Numbered from the stretch's first letter, positions 46,471-57,396 are shown. The stretch: DNA of 64,000 bases from an uncultured Pirellulaceae bacterium (GCA_905480235.1 CAJQPP010000032.1:4127-68126), one strand, 5' to 3'. Notes: generated from the letters alone by a model not told the origin. Numbers and translations: made by a program.

Positions 46471-47352
46471 TCAGGTCAATGGCGCCGGTGCTAGGCAAGT
46501 CTCGATGAAACGGGCAACGGTTTTCAAAACATCCGCCACATTGGACATGTTGTGCAGTTCGTGCTTGCCATGCTCCCATGCACACAACGTGCAGAGATCG
46601 TTCGCTTGGGCAAATTGTTCGCTGGCTTGGAAATCGGTGATGCGGTCGATTTTGCCATGCATGATCAGGGCCGGGCAGGGTAGGTCGGCGACGTGATCGA
46701 GGCACCATTGTCCAGATTCGACCATGCCAAAGTAGCCTTCTGGCGTCACTTGTTTATGGCGAAGCGGATCAGATTTGAGCTCCTCGATAATCTGTAAGTC
46801 ATCGGATAGTTCATTCAGATCGAGTCCGCTGTTCAGGCTGATTTTCGGTAACGTGCGGCGCAATAATTTACCGAGTTGCAGTTTCCAGGCGGGCGCTTGC
46901 ATGGCAATTCGCAGTGCCGGGCTGGAGGCGATCAAACCTGCCAACTCGGTTTGACGTTCCAGTGTATGCAGAATGGCCAGCGTTCCCCCCAAGCTATGCC
47001 CGTAAATGAAACAAGGTTTTCCTGGAGCTAGACGACGGGTTTGGGCCAGGGCGATATCTAAGTCGCTGAGCAGCGTTTCGAAATTATGAATATGACCGCG
47101 TTGCCCGTCGCTGCGCCCGTGGCCGCGTAAATCGGGAGCCAAGACGGAGATCCTCTCCGTATTCAGGAATTGAGCCACATGGCCGAAACGCCCCGAATGA
47201 TCGCCCATTCCGTGAATCAAAAGCAGCGCCGCCCGAGGCTTGGTGGCGAGCCATTGACGGGATTGGATTCTGGTTCCGTCACTCGTTGCCCACTGCGTCG
47301 TGGATTGTTGGCCGGCTGATTGCGGCTCTCGAGGGGCAAGATGATCATTCAT
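46471..47352 (-). CDS. alpha/beta hydrolase (lysophospholipase/monoacylglycerol-lipase-like)
   Basis: It has LLIHGMGDHSGRF and the nucleophile elbow GHSLGG, and a C-terminal His region (HELHN). I chose the ATG at 47352 (MNDHLAP). Confidence 0.8.
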   Translation of the reverse strand: MNDHLAPREPQSAGQQSTTQWATSDGTRIQSRQWLATKPRAALLLIHGMGDHSGRFGHVAQFLNTERISVLAPDLRGHGRSDGQRGHIHNFETLLSDLDIALAQTRRLAPGKPCFIYGHSLGGTLAILHTLERQTELAGLIASSPALRIAMQAPAWKLQLGKLLRRTLPKISLNSGLDLNELSDDLQIIEELKSDPLRHKQVTPEGYFGMVESGQWCLDHVADLPCPALIMHGKIDRITDFQASEQFAQANDLCTLCAWEHGKHELHNMSNVADVLKTVARFIETCLAPAPLT

Positions 47353-47362
47353 GGAACAACAA

Positions 47363-48481
47363 TTATGAGCTGGCGATTTTCTTGAGCACATCCACGCCCT
47401 GCTGCAATTTGCTCTCTGACACCGCGTAGGCGATTCGGAAGTGGCTATCCTGATCGCTGAAAACGTTACCCGGAATCAACAGCATGTTGTGTTCGATGGC
47501 ACGTGTCAAAAACTCCCGCCCCGAGACGCCGTCGGGTAATTTTGGGAAAAAGTAAAAGGACCCGTCGGGTTTCACAAAGTCATAGTACTTTGACAATTCA
47601 TCGGCTACGTAATCCCGTTTTTTACGGAAGGCATCGACGTGGTGGTCAATCGGCGTATCGATGGCTGCGACACCGGCCCACTGCACCGGATTAGGGGCAC
47701 ATACAAAGGTCAACTGCTGCAGTTTGATCATCTCAGCGATGATGGGTTCAGGACCGTGGGCAAACCCTAGACGTAATCCCGTCATCGCGTGACTTTTGGA
47801 AAAGCCATCCACTACCGTGGTTTCGGGGTTGAACTCTACGGGTGATACGTGCTCTGTGTCGTACGAAAACTTACTGTAGATCTCGTCAGAGATGAGACAA
47901 ATATCTTTCTCCGCTGCCAGTTCGGACAGTTGCTGGATTTCTTCACGAGTGAAACTGATGCCCGTGGGATTCGCCGGGCAATTGGCAATGATCATCTTCG
48001 TGCGAGGTGTAATCGCATCTTTGACTTTTTGAATGTCCAGACGGAAGTCAGGGTAAGTGTTGATCTTGACCGGCACACCGCCACAAAGTTGCGGCAGAGA
48101 TTCGTACATCACGAACCAGGGGTCAAAAATAATGACTTCGTCACCAGGATCGATCAAAGCCATAATGCTGAGTACCAGGCCACCGCTGGTGCCAGATGTT
48201 ACCAATAGATCGCGGTGGGGATCGCCATACTTTTCCTGTACCTGTTTTTTTAAGCGATCGCGAAGCGGAGCGATCCCTTGGGTCACCGTGTAATTGGTCT
48301 GTCCGCGCTCGATGGATTGAATCAGCGAATCTTTGACCGGTTCCGGCAGTGGATAGTCCACCTGTCCGATCGAAAAATTGATGGGGTCTTTCAACTCTTT
48401 GGCCAAGTTGAAGACCTCTCGAATGCCACTGCTGTCAAAAAGCGATGTGCGATCAGCCAGCCAGTTGGAAACCTGAACCAT
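47363..48481 (-). CDS. PLP-dependent aminotransferase, class I/II
   Basis: It has the PLP-Lys motif GFSKSHAMTGLRLG and NPTG. The ATG at 48481 is preceded by AGGAG at 6-nt spacing. Confidence 0.88.
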   Translation of the reverse strand: MVQVSNWLADRTSLFDSSGIREVFNLAKELKDPINFSIGQVDYPLPEPVKDSLIQSIERGQTNYTVTQGIAPLRDRLKKQVQEKYGDPHRDLLVTSGTSGGLVLSIMALIDPGDEVIIFDPWFVMYESLPQLCGGVPVKINTYPDFRLDIQKVKDAITPRTKMIIANCPANPTGISFTREEIQQLSELAAEKDICLISDEIYSKFSYDTEHVSPVEFNPETTVVDGFSKSHAMTGLRLGFAHGPEPIIAEMIKLQQLTFVCAPNPVQWAGVAAIDTPIDHHVDAFRKKRDYVADELSKYYDFVKPDGSFYFFPKLPDGVSGREFLTRAIEHNMLLIPGNVFSDQDSHFRIAYAVSESKLQQGVDVLKKIASS

Positions 48482-48504
48482 GGGGGCTCCTGAGAAGTTT
48501 GATT

Positions 48505-50031
48505 TCAAGAATTTTCGTTATGTAACCCGATCGCAAAATCGGTATCGAATAAATTGCGTTGGCTCTCTTCGGAGCGAGCCTGATCGTTTCGTCGATTTTC
48601 CAGCATGGCGAGATACTCTTGGTCGACGTCCCCTGCTACGTATTTACCGTCGAAAACGGAACATTCGAACTGGCTGATTTCAGGGTTTCCTTCGGACAAG
48701 CTGGCCTTTAGGTCATCTAAATCTTGGTAGACCAACCAGTCAGCACCAATGGACTCGCAGATTTCATCAGTCGTTCGACCATGGGCAATCAATTCGCGAG
48801 CGGCTGGCATGTCGATACCGTAAACATTGGGATACTGCACCGGAGGCGCTGCGGAGGCAAAGTAAACTTTGCGAGCCCCCGCTTCCCGGGCCATTCTTAT
48901 GATTTGGCTGCACGTCGTACCACGCACAATCGAATCGTCGACTAGCAGCACGTTCTTATCCCGAAATTCCAGTGGAATGGGATTCAGTTTTTGCCGCACT
49001 GATTTTTTTCGCTTGGATTGCCCAGGCATGATAAAGGTCCGGCCAATGTAACGATTTTTCATCAGGCCTTCGCGGAATTTTACCCCCAAGTCGTAGGCAA
49101 GAACTTGCCCGGCAACGCGACTGGAGTCGGGGATGGGAATTACCACGTCAATATCGTGATCGGGTTTCAACCTCAGGATTTTCGCAGCCAGTTTTTCACC
49201 CATCCTCAGGCGAGATTTGTAAACGGAGATCCCATCCATTAGCGAATCTGGGCGGGCGAAATATACGTGTTCAAAAATACACGGTCGTTGAGCTGTTTCG
49301 CTGGCGCATTGTCTTTTGTGCACCACTCCATCATTCGTGATGTAGACCGCCTCACCGGGTTGGATATCACCGATCAATTCGAAACCTAACACATCCAACG
49401 CGACACTTTCGGAAGCAATCATGTAATCGAAACCGTCGGCGGTCGCCTTCTTTCCGTAAACAATAGGGCGAATGCCGTGAGGGTCTCGAAATCCCACAAT
49501 TCCGTATCCGGCAATCATCGCAGTGACGGCGTAAGCGCCCTGGCAGCGTCGATGCAATGCAGAGATGGCCTTGAAAATATGCTCCGGCTGCAAAACGAGA
49601 TCACAAATTTTGTGCAGCTCGTGGGCAAAGATATTCAGCAACAGTTCCGAATCAGAATCGGTATTCAAATGCCGTTGATCTGACTGGAACATCTCCCGAG
49701 CCAATGAATCCGTGTTGGTCAGGTTGCCATTGTGGGCCAAAGCGATTCCAAAGGGGGAGTTGACGTAAAAAGGTTGTGCCAGTGCCGGACTGGAACTGCC
49801 GGCGGTTGGGTAACGCACATGCCCCAAACCAATCCGTCCTTTGAGTTCGCGTATATCTCGCGTGCGAAAAACGTCTCGGACCAGTCCGTTGGATTTACGT
49901 TGGTTAATGCGGAGGTTGTCACAAGTCATGATGCCAGCCGCGTCCTGCCCTCGGTGTTGCAAAACCGTTAGCGCATCATAGAGATCCATATTGACGTCGT
50001 TTTTGCCGACGATTCCAACAATTCCACACAT
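48505..50031 (-). CDS. purF: amidophosphoribosyltransferase
   Basis: The N-terminal nucleophile is MCGIVGIVG. It has RGQDAAGI and the PRPP loop [13 protein letters not shown]. The ATG at 50031 gives the mature-type N-terminus. Confidence 0.95.
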   Translation of the reverse strand: MCGIVGIVGKNDVNMDLYDALTVLQHRGQDAAGIMTCDNLRINQRKSNGLVRDVFRTRDIRELKGRIGLGHVRYPTAGSSSPALAQPFYVNSPFGIALAHNGNLTNTDSLAREMFQSDQRHLNTDSDSELLLNIFAHELHKICDLVLQPEHIFKAISALHRRCQGAYAVTAMIAGYGIVGFRDPHGIRPIVYGKKATADGFDYMIASESVALDVLGFELIGDIQPGEAVYITNDGVVHKRQCASETAQRPCIFEHVYFARPDSLMDGISVYKSRLRMGEKLAAKILRLKPDHDIDVVIPIPDSSRVAGQVLAYDLGVKFREGLMKNRYIGRTFIMPGQSKRKKSVRQKLNPIPLEFRDKNVLLVDDSIVRGTTCSQIIRMAREAGARKVYFASAAPPVQYPNVYGIDMPAARELIAHGRTTDEICESIGADWLVYQDLDDLKASLSEGNPEISQFECSVFDGKYVAGDVDQEYLAMLENRRNDQARSEESQRNLFDTDFAIGLHNENS

Positions 50032-50281
50032 GCAAGCAAAGCTCGTTGAAAGGCAAGAAAGGGGTGCCGAAATGGGACGGAGGCCGAGGTTTCGCCGCGG
50101 GCTCGTTCGATTTGTAATTTTAGATGCCAAGGCGTTTCGCAACAAGCGCTCCCTCGGCTGTGAATTGGGTTTTCATCTCAGATGAGTCAAGGTCGCCAAG
50201 CTCGCAGGATCGAGGGCGTCGGTAAAGCTTGCCGAGTTGACCCATTCCCGGCCGCCACGGCTGGTATTAGGCCTTCGAACC

Positions 50282-50938
50282 TTAGGCCATTGAGTCAGCG
50301 AGGTGCTTAAATTGAGCCCGGTATACCGGGTGGTCGTTTAATCGCATGCGGCGTTCAAAGTGCGTGCGATAATCCATGTCATGGACGGCTTCTCTCTCAG
50401 GGACCTCGATGGGCCCTTGGAAACTCGAATTTTCGACGATGGTTTTGCAGGCTGTGTGGTAATACTCTTCCACGTCCGTCCAGAAATGAAAAGTGCCGGC
50501 GGGCTGGAGGATTCGCTCGATATCTTTGACCACTTGGGGATTCACGATTCTGCGTCGTCGATGCCTTCCTTTCCACCAAGGATCAGGGAAATAGATGTGC
50601 ACCGCTGCTGCGGTCTGGTCACCCACGTATTCGTGAATGAATTTCATCGCATCGCCGCGAATGATCTGGGCGTTTTGCCTTTCGCTCAAGGTGAGGCGGT
50701 AAGCGGCAAACTGACTGTATTTTTGGGAGAGTTCGACGCCCAGGTAGCGCCGTTCTGGGTGCTGTCCCGAAGCGCTCAGCAAATACAGTCCCTTTCCGCA
50801 GCCGATCTCAATTTCCAGGGGACCTGATTGGCCGAAAAAATCGTCAGGCGACCAAGGCGTCTCAATGTCGTCGAGCTCGGTGAAATGGTCCTCGACTGAG
50901 ACCGAGGGGTCGATTTTGGGAAGGGAGCGGCGGCCCAT
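50282..50938 (-). CDS. trmB: tRNA (guanine46-N7)-methyltransferase
   Basis: It has the SAM motif LEIEIGCGKGLYL, and IYFPDPWWKGRHRRRRI is characteristic of TrmB. Confidence 0.88.
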   Translation of the reverse strand: MGRRSLPKIDPSVSVEDHFTELDDIETPWSPDDFFGQSGPLEIEIGCGKGLYLLSASGQHPERRYLGVELSQKYSQFAAYRLTLSERQNAQIIRGDAMKFIHEYVGDQTAAAVHIYFPDPWWKGRHRRRRIVNPQVVKDIERILQPAGTFHFWTDVEEYYHTACKTIVENSSFQGPIEVPEREAVHDMDYRTHFERRMRLNDHPVYRAQFKHLADSMA

Positions 50939-51025
50939 GGTACGGTCCTTTCGCTGGCAGTCAGAAAACCAAAAGCCGATGCATTTCAATGCACCGGCCC
51001 TGATAATTCCAAATGTGGCGATTGC

Positions 51026-51127
51026 CTACGGAGTCTTGATCTTCTTCCGCTTGGCTTTGCGAGCCTTTGCATTGGCGGGGCGCTTGCCGTGATTGGCCTT
51101 TTTTGTTTTGCGTCCTGGTTTTGCCAT
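51026..51127 (-). CDS. 33-aa highly basic small protein, bL37-like (possible ribosomal protein)
   Basis: The sequence is MAKPGRKTKKANHGKRPANAKARKAKRKKIKTP. AAGGA lies upstream of the ATG. The motif ...GRK..KKANHGKRP matches my recollection of actinobacterial ribosomal protein bL37. The 93-aa maximal ORF is not credible upstream of this ATG. Confidence 0.45.
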   Translation of the reverse strand: MAKPGRKTKKANHGKRPANAKARKAKRKKIKTP

Positions 51128-51314
51128 GATTTTATCCTTGATAGGTTGGGGGCTTTCTGAGCTGAAAACTATATTCCAATTACTGCCAAAAGCAATGGCA
51201 AAAAGTGGAATCAGAGGGCCCAAAGGGGCCCAAAAAGCCTGATTTTTACTTCGGAACATCGATATTCGCCAATCCGCCGGAGATTGGCCGATATGCCGGC
51301 CTGCCAATGAGCAT

Positions 51315-52412
51315 TCAGACCTGAGATATCGGTAGAAACCGATTGGGTGCGCTCAGTGTCATCAATGCACAGGCCGTGCTGAAGGTGCGGCTGGTAATGC
51401 AATGGTGTCCGGTCCAGCTGCCATCGCGATTTTGCACGCGGATCAGTTTATCGCGGACATTGGGATACCAGCGTTGCCAATCTTCCCCTCCCTTTTGCAT
51501 GAGCATTTCGGTCAGGAAGTGAAAGGTCAAGTATTCCTCGCCACCGGCTCCACCGAAGGCGCGGTTGCTTTTTTCTACCAGCGCCAAGATATCACCCAGC
51601 GCGGTTTGAGCTTTTTTCTCTTGTTCGCGGCCCTGGGCGTAGAGCACACGCAATCCTGCGGCCGTGCCATACAGGCGGTGGTACCAGGAGTCACCGCCCC
51701 AGACGCGTCCTATTTGGGGCATGTTTTTGACTAAGTAGTCGCCCGCTTTCTGCGATGTGCCAGAGACGCTGATGCCAGCAAAATTTGCCGCTCGCAAGGA
51801 GACCCAACCGCAAGCCGTAGCCAACAAAGGAGCCCAAGCCTCGCTGCCCCAAGATCCATTAGTCTTTTGGTTGGAAGAAATGTATTTCTCCAGGCGACGC
51901 AAAGCACGCATATATCGGACGCCTCCGGCCGCTTCACCCATCATTTGGCTAAGGCAAATGGTGGCAAAGAAATGGGTCGCGTAAGGGCCCAGATCAAAGT
52001 CAATCTGGGACGGGGTCTTTTGTAGCGCACCTGTGCCGGACATGCTTTCGACCCGGCGTAACAAAAAATCGCCAAGGCGTTTTTGTCGCTTGCGATGGAC
52101 CCCCTCGAGGGGTGTTTGGCCCTGTGACAATAATGCGACTCCGACCACGCCGGTACAGGCCACATCGGAGGTGCTGCCAATATCTTCGCCTGCGCCCCCG
52201 TCAGGGTTTAGGGCTTTAATTAACCAAGCGGTTCCTTTTTCGATGGCGGCTCGCGAGTCGCTGGTGAATTCGTCGAACCCGGGATGGGCGCGGCGAGGTT
52301 GGGGGCTGGCGGTCCATAGAGCGCGTGGGTTGGCAAACCCCCAGCGTGCCATGCCTAGTCCTCCTGCGGCTGCGATGGAGGCCGTTAATACTCGCCTGCG
52401 GTTAATTGCCAT
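51315..52412 (-). CDS. Tat-signal secreted prenyltransferase/squalene-oxidase-repeat (terpenoid-cyclase-fold) protein
   Basis: It has a twin-arginine signal (MAINRRRVLTASIAAAGGLGMARWGFA) and repeated ..DGSWG / DGGAG / RDGSWTG motifs typical of alpha/alpha-toroid repeat proteins. Confidence 0.65.
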   Translation of the reverse strand: MAINRRRVLTASIAAAGGLGMARWGFANPRALWTASPQPRRAHPGFDEFTSDSRAAIEKGTAWLIKALNPDGGAGEDIGSTSDVACTGVVGVALLSQGQTPLEGVHRKRQKRLGDFLLRRVESMSGTGALQKTPSQIDFDLGPYATHFFATICLSQMMGEAAGGVRYMRALRRLEKYISSNQKTNGSWGSEAWAPLLATACGWVSLRAANFAGISVSGTSQKAGDYLVKNMPQIGRVWGGDSWYHRLYGTAAGLRVLYAQGREQEKKAQTALGDILALVEKSNRAFGGAGGEEYLTFHFLTEMLMQKGGEDWQRWYPNVRDKLIRVQNRDGSWTGHHCITSRTFSTACALMTLSAPNRFLPISQV

Positions 52413-52712
52413 GCTTTGCTCACTGAAACCGATTTGCAAATTCCTGTTGAGCCGCCTCACGATGGCACCCTGCTCATTTTGCTTATTCGGAAGATTTTAG
52501 CGAAAAGGATCAGGGAAAAGCAAATCGCTCAACCATTAAACACTGTAATTTTACGGTTAAAGCAAACATCCGGATTTTGGACGGATGGTAGATTATGGCC
52601 CCCAATATTGGTTGTGTCGAACAATGGCCTTCTCTACAATTGCGGCGGGATCGCGGGGCTCGCGACTTTGTAATGACGATACTTTTTTCGTTGACGTCCC
52701 GGAGCGACAAGC

Positions 52713-53654
52713 ATGACACGGAAGGTAATTATCGATTGTGATATGGGCACGGACGACGCCGTAGCGTTGTGCATGGCGTTGTTTGATGAACGCCTGGATA
52801 TCTTGGCCCTGACCGCAACCGAAGGCTGTGTGACCGCCGATCAGGCGACCCGAAATCTGCAAGCTATCGTGGGCATGTTGGACCCCGATCGACACCCGCG
52901 GCTGGGTGCTGCCACTTCTGCCGAAAACGCACCCGCGGTCAATACGACCTATTTGTACGGCGAAGATGGGTTGGGTAACACGGGTTTTGAAGTTTCAGAA
53001 CTTCAGCACATGATGCCAGCTGATAAATTGATTGTGGATTGCATTCGCGCCAATCCAGGAGACGTTACGGTCGTCTGCCTTGGCCCTTACACCAATTTGG
53101 CGCGAGCCTTTCGACGCGATCCCAATGTCACTGAGCAGGTGGATCGTATCGTCATGATGGGTGGAAGCATCCGCGCTGGCGGTAACATCACGCAAGCGGC
53201 AGAGTTCAACTGTTACTTTGATCCACAGAGCGCTCAAGAAGTCTTTTGCTCTCGAACCACCAAAACGCTGGTGCCGCTGGATGTAACGCGGGAAGTCAAA
53301 TTCGGATTGGATCTGATCGAAAAGTTGCCCGAAAGATACTGCCGTGCGGGAGAATTTTTACGGCAGATTTTGCCTTACGCGTTTCGCGCTTATCGACAGA
53401 AATTGGGTCAGGAAGATATCAATTTGAATGACGCGGTCGGCATCCTGGCGATGCTGGAACCCGAGTTGTTCGAGTTCGAACCGATGGCGGGTCAGGTCGA
53501 AACAGAGGGGCAACTGACTCGCGGCGTTACCGTTTTCGATCGTCGTATGGCTCCAGAATGGCGAAACAACATGGAAGTCGCTACGTCACTGAAACTGGAG
53601 CAAGCGGAGGAAGCGATCGTGAAATCGCTGTGTCTTGCTGGCAATGCCACCTAA
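52713..53654 (+). CDS. nucleoside hydrolase (inosine/uridine-preferring family)
   Basis: The N-terminal fingerprint VIIDCDMGTDDAVAL matches DxDxxxDD. It also has LGPYTNLA and MGG, and the length is about 310 aa. Confidence 0.9.
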   Translation: MTRKVIIDCDMGTDDAVALCMALFDERLDILALTATEGCVTADQATRNLQAIVGMLDPDRHPRLGAATSAENAPAVNTTYLYGEDGLGNTGFEVSELQHMMPADKLIVDCIRANPGDVTVVCLGPYTNLARAFRRDPNVTEQVDRIVMMGGSIRAGGNITQAAEFNCYFDPQSAQEVFCSRTTKTLVPLDVTREVKFGLDLIEKLPERYCRAGEFLRQILPYAFRAYRQKLGQEDINLNDAVGILAMLEPELFEFEPMAGQVETEGQLTRGVTVFDRRMAPEWRNNMEVATSLKLEQAEEAIVKSLCLAGNAT

Positions 53655-53714
53655 GGCCTGCCAAACGGTTTCAAGAGAAAAGCGTGGCAGTCGCGTCGCA
53701 GTCGCACTACGCGC

Positions 53715-54875
53715 TTAGTTGCCCATGCCTCGGCTGGCCTGTAGGCGTTGTTCCCGATCTCTGACGACGATGGAGGTCGTGGTGTGCATGCCATTTCTAA
53801 AGACCGTCACAGGAACTTCCGTGCCAATTTCGGTTTGACTTACTTCGCTGACGAGGTGAGAGTCGTTCGTGATCCGTTCGCCGTTAAAATGTAGAATGAT
53901 GTCGCCTTTTTGGAGATCCGAATCCGCGGCCGGTGAGTTTGGCGCGATCTGGGAAATGCGTGCTCCAAACACGGAGTTCAAACCGATCGCCCGTGCTTTT
54001 TCCGGCGAGAAGCGTGCATCCAGTGTGACGCCTACGAATCCGCGTCGCACACGACTGTACCGCAGTAAGTCTTGGACCACCTTGCTCACCATATTGGCGG
54101 GAATGGAGAAACCAATACCGTCGTTGCCGCCGGAGTTACTGGCGATCGCCGTATTGATGCCGACCACTTCCCCACGCAAATTGAGTAAGGGTCCACCGCT
54201 GTTACCTGGATTAATTGCGGCGTCGGTTTGCAGGAAATCCTGATAGCGGACACCTTCCGAGCCTAATTCGAGATCGCGTCGACCGCGAGCGCTGATGATT
54301 CCATAACTCACTGAGTGGCTCAAGCCAAAGGGGCTACCCACGGCAACTACGAAATCGCCGATATCAACATTTTCGCTGTTACCAAATCGTGCTGCGGAAA
54401 GGTCTGTTTCGTCCAGAAACAGAACGGCCAAATCCGAATCGGGATCGGTGCGAACTTCCACAGGGTTGTAGAATCGTCCGTCTTCCAATTGCACTCGGAT
54501 GTTGCGGTTGAGGGCGTCGAGGATGACATGGCGATTGGTGATGACGTAAAACCGTTCACCGTATTTCATGACGACACCGGCACCGGCTTCTTCCACCTTG
54601 GTCAGGGCGTTGTTTTTTCCGCGAGACGTTTTATTGGCCTGGATGTGGACCACGGATGGTTGAATGACCTTAACGACCTTTTTCAATAGACCCGTCTGCT
54701 TTTGCACCAAATCTGCTTCACGAGCTAACGCCGTGTACATCTGGTTGCGTTTTTCGTTTGGTGTTTGAGCAGCCAAAGGCATCACGATCCCGCTTGTGCC
54801 AATGATGAGCACCAGCCAGGAAGTCAGAGATGGACGAAGGCTGTGGCGGAGCGATTTTTTATTCAACAAGTTCAT
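53715..54875 (-). CDS. HtrA/DegP family serine protease with one PDZ domain
   Basis: The trypsin-like triad context is present (TNRHV, DLAVL, GNSGGPLLN), with a C-terminal PDZ domain (GARISQIAPNSPAADSDLQKGDIILHFNG). An N-terminal TM/signal follows the ATG at 54875. Confidence 0.9.
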   Translation of the reverse strand: MNLLNKKSLRHSLRPSLTSWLVLIIGTSGIVMPLAAQTPNEKRNQMYTALAREADLVQKQTGLLKKVVKVIQPSVVHIQANKTSRGKNNALTKVEEAGAGVVMKYGERFYVITNRHVILDALNRNIRVQLEDGRFYNPVEVRTDPDSDLAVLFLDETDLSAARFGNSENVDIGDFVVAVGSPFGLSHSVSYGIISARGRRDLELGSEGVRYQDFLQTDAAINPGNSGGPLLNLRGEVVGINTAIASNSGGNDGIGFSIPANMVSKVVQDLLRYSRVRRGFVGVTLDARFSPEKARAIGLNSVFGARISQIAPNSPAADSDLQKGDIILHFNGERITNDSHLVSEVSQTEIGTEVPVTVFRNGMHTTTSIVVRDREQRLQASRGMGN

Positions 54876-55019
54876 CACGATGTTTTTTTCTAGCAAAGTG
54901 AAAAGCGAAACCACCGACTCAATAAGAATAATCATTCCATAATGACAATTCAACGATTCGAATCCAGAGGTGGGCCATTTGGAAAGGGATTTGTTTATTA
55001 CGGGTCAGTAAAAATGGGA

Positions 55020-55454
55020 TTAGGTTACGTAGAAGTCCATGTCGCCTAATACCGCGTCCTCCGATTCGGGAGTCACCCAGCTACCGTTATTACTTGGAGC
55101 GATCGTGCCCTGTTCGACTTTGCGTTTGCAGTTCACGCAGAGTGTGGCGTAGGGCAGTGCCTCGAGCCGGGCCAAGGGAATGTTGCAATGGCAGGCCTCA
55201 CATTTGCCGTAGCTGCCTTCGCTCATTTTTTCCAGAGCGTATTGGATGTGCGCGAGTTCTCGACTCTCGGCTTCTGCTAAGCGGGAGTAGATTTCATCGG
55301 CGGCGGTTTCTAATGCGAAATCTATCACATCTCCGCCTGCCTGCTGCGATATTTCGTTTAACAGGCTATTGTCGCCGGCTAATGCCTGAATAAGTGCTTG
55401 GCGACGTTGAGTTAATATCTCGCGCAGTTTTGTCAAAGCTTCTTTGCGGGCCAT
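55020..55454 (-). CDS. DksA/TraR family C4-type zinc-finger protein
   Basis: A coiled-coil N-terminal part is followed by CEACHCNIPLARLEALPYATLCVNC (a four-Cys zinc finger). Confidence 0.85.
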   Translation of the reverse strand: MARKEALTKLREILTQRRQALIQALAGDNSLLNEISQQAGGDVIDFALETAADEIYSRLAEAESRELAHIQYALEKMSEGSYGKCEACHCNIPLARLEALPYATLCVNCKRKVEQGTIAPSNNGSWVTPESEDAVLGDMDFYVT

Positions 55455-55930
55455 TCTGATTGCTCCGGAGTCTTGCGGGTCCTGCCCTTAAACTACGTAG
55501 AAAAAGGTCAGGAGGTTTGTCTTATTTTGCGGTTCAGCACGTTCGGGTTCTCCCGGTTACGTAAGCTGCATTCGTCAAAACTATAGGATGCAATTCGGGG
55601 TGCTTTGGCAAGGAATACCAAAAAACGTGTTCTCCCGACGCGTGAATAGCCTCCGTTGCTTCTCTCGCCGGATCGATCGTTGTCATCCGATTTATCGTTA
55701 GGCTGACCGTTGCTCTGGGCCAGTGAAAATCTCAGGAGTCGTTTCATAAGCCGGGGTTTTTTGACAAACAGGGTGGCTCGAGAGCATGACACCTTGGTGC
55801 GAACGTTTTGCGGAGGCCAGCAAGTCTGATGAAAAGACACGGGCCCAAAATATCTTTGACCCCTGGGATATTGTGAGCTACATGCCCTTGATGAATTGTG
55901 ATGCGCGTTGAAAGCGTGTCGTCGAAAAAT

Positions 55931-57316
55931 ATGCCTAAGAACTCCGCAATACAAAGTGATGCCCCAGGGACCGTTACCGTGATTGATAACAACCAGTTGA
56001 GCCAACCCAGTTCGTTTTCCAAGCCTTTAGTGCTCAGGCTCACCAACCAGGAAGATCAATCCACACAAGAATTCGAAATAGATAAAGCCAAGTGTTTGCT
56101 GGGATCTGGCAATCACGCTGATGTCCAAATTCCCCAGCAAGGGATCAAAGAAATTCACTGCGAATTTATTCGCAACCCGGTTGGGATTTATGTTCGACAA
56201 TTTGACGGGGACATTCTCGTCAACGGTCTTTTGCTGGAAGAAGCCTGGGTCTTTCCCGGCGACAAAATTCAAGTGGGGAACCTCAAGGTAGAGATCATCG
56301 AGATCGGGCATTTGGTTCTGGAGACCTCCGAGAGTGGAGGCGTGGAACAGGGGCAAGTGACCCAAAGCCGCGCCAAGGCAGTCGTGAAACAAGTTGCGAC
56401 CGTCGGTGCTGCCAATGCCGGAGAGCAAAATTCAGTGGCTGAACAAAAATCGGATTGGGAGAATTCAGACGACCAAATCGAATCAGGGAATCAACCCATC
56501 TCAGTCCCGGAGGAATCAGCAAAGTTGCTTGCGAAAATTGACTTAGCCGTTAAGGAAGCCGAGGTCGAAACGCCGCCCGCCGTGAAATCGAGCAGACGTC
56601 CAAAACCTGACGCAGAAAAAAAATTCGAATCGGTGGCTGACGTTGTTAAGCGAATGCAGGATGCCGGAAAACTGGAAGCGGTAGCCGGCGTTTCAGGTGA
56701 TTTAGCATCACCGGTTGCCGAATCGGCCAAGGGAACTTCGCCGAATGAAGAGGGCGTTGAGGGCGGGGATGCCGACGAAAAACCAGGGGAAAACGACGAA
56801 TCGGTCACGGATTACATGACCCAGTTAATGCAACGCTTGAAAACGGGTGACGAAGAAACAAAAAAAGACCACGTCGATGTCATCGATCGAAATGCCGGCT
56901 TGAAAACGTTGCACAAAGAAGAAGAAGAAGTCGAAGAAGATCTTACGCCTGAAAATCCCATGTTGCCGGACGAATTTGTTCCCACCAATGTGGCGCCAGA
57001 AAAAACATCGACACTCAAAGCACTGCGGCAGGTAGCAAATCAAGCAGTGGAATCAGCCATTGATCGGAGCGCTAAAGAACGCAGTTCGGAAACCAGTTTG
57101 GGCTATTTGGGAGCATCTACACTTTGTCTGTTTATCAGCACCGTGTTGTTTATGTTCAGTGCCAAACCATTCGATATCGCGTTCATCGTGGGCATGGCCT
57201 CAGCAGTCGGCTGTGTTGGCTGGGCCTTTATGTATCTTTCTTTCAATATTGCGAGAGATAGAAAATCGCAAAATCGATCGCGCAGAAAGGTTGCGCGGTC
57301 ACAGCGAAAAAAATAG
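55931..57316 (+). CDS. FHA-domain protein with an acidic low-complexity linker and C-terminal TM helices
   Basis: The FHA core is CLLGSGNHADVQIP...IHCEFIRNPVGIYVRQFDGDILVNG...GDKIQVGNLKVEI. The C-terminal TM segments are LGASTLCLFISTVLFMF and FIVGMASAVGCVGWAFMYL. I chose the start at ATG 55931. Confidence 0.75.
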   Translation: MPKNSAIQSDAPGTVTVIDNNQLSQPSSFSKPLVLRLTNQEDQSTQEFEIDKAKCLLGSGNHADVQIPQQGIKEIHCEFIRNPVGIYVRQFDGDILVNGLLLEEAWVFPGDKIQVGNLKVEIIEIGHLVLETSESGGVEQGQVTQSRAKAVVKQVATVGAANAGEQNSVAEQKSDWENSDDQIESGNQPISVPEESAKLLAKIDLAVKEAEVETPPAVKSSRRPKPDAEKKFESVADVVKRMQDAGKLEAVAGVSGDLASPVAESAKGTSPNEEGVEGGDADEKPGENDESVTDYMTQLMQRLKTGDEETKKDHVDVIDRNAGLKTLHKEEEEVEEDLTPENPMLPDEFVPTNVAPEKTSTLKALRQVANQAVESAIDRSAKERSSETSLGYLGASTLCLFISTVLFMFSAKPFDIAFIVGMASAVGCVGWAFMYLSFNIARDRKSQNRSRRKVARSQRKK

Positions 57317-57336
57317 CAGACAACACCATGGAAAAA

Positions 57337-57391
57337 ATTCAGAATGCACTTTCTGAATCGGCCGGGCTCGGATCTTTGGATTCGGGCCCGG
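57337..57391. terminator. two adjacent hairpins between convergent genes (likely bidirectional terminator)
   Basis: The first hairpin is ATTCAGAA-tgcac-TTCTGAAT (57337-57358). The second is CCGGGCTCGGATC-tttg-GATTCGGGCCCGG (57362-57391, imperfect). They lie between the stops at 57316 (+) and 57397 (-). Confidence 0.55.
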
Positions 57392-57396
57392 TTCGT

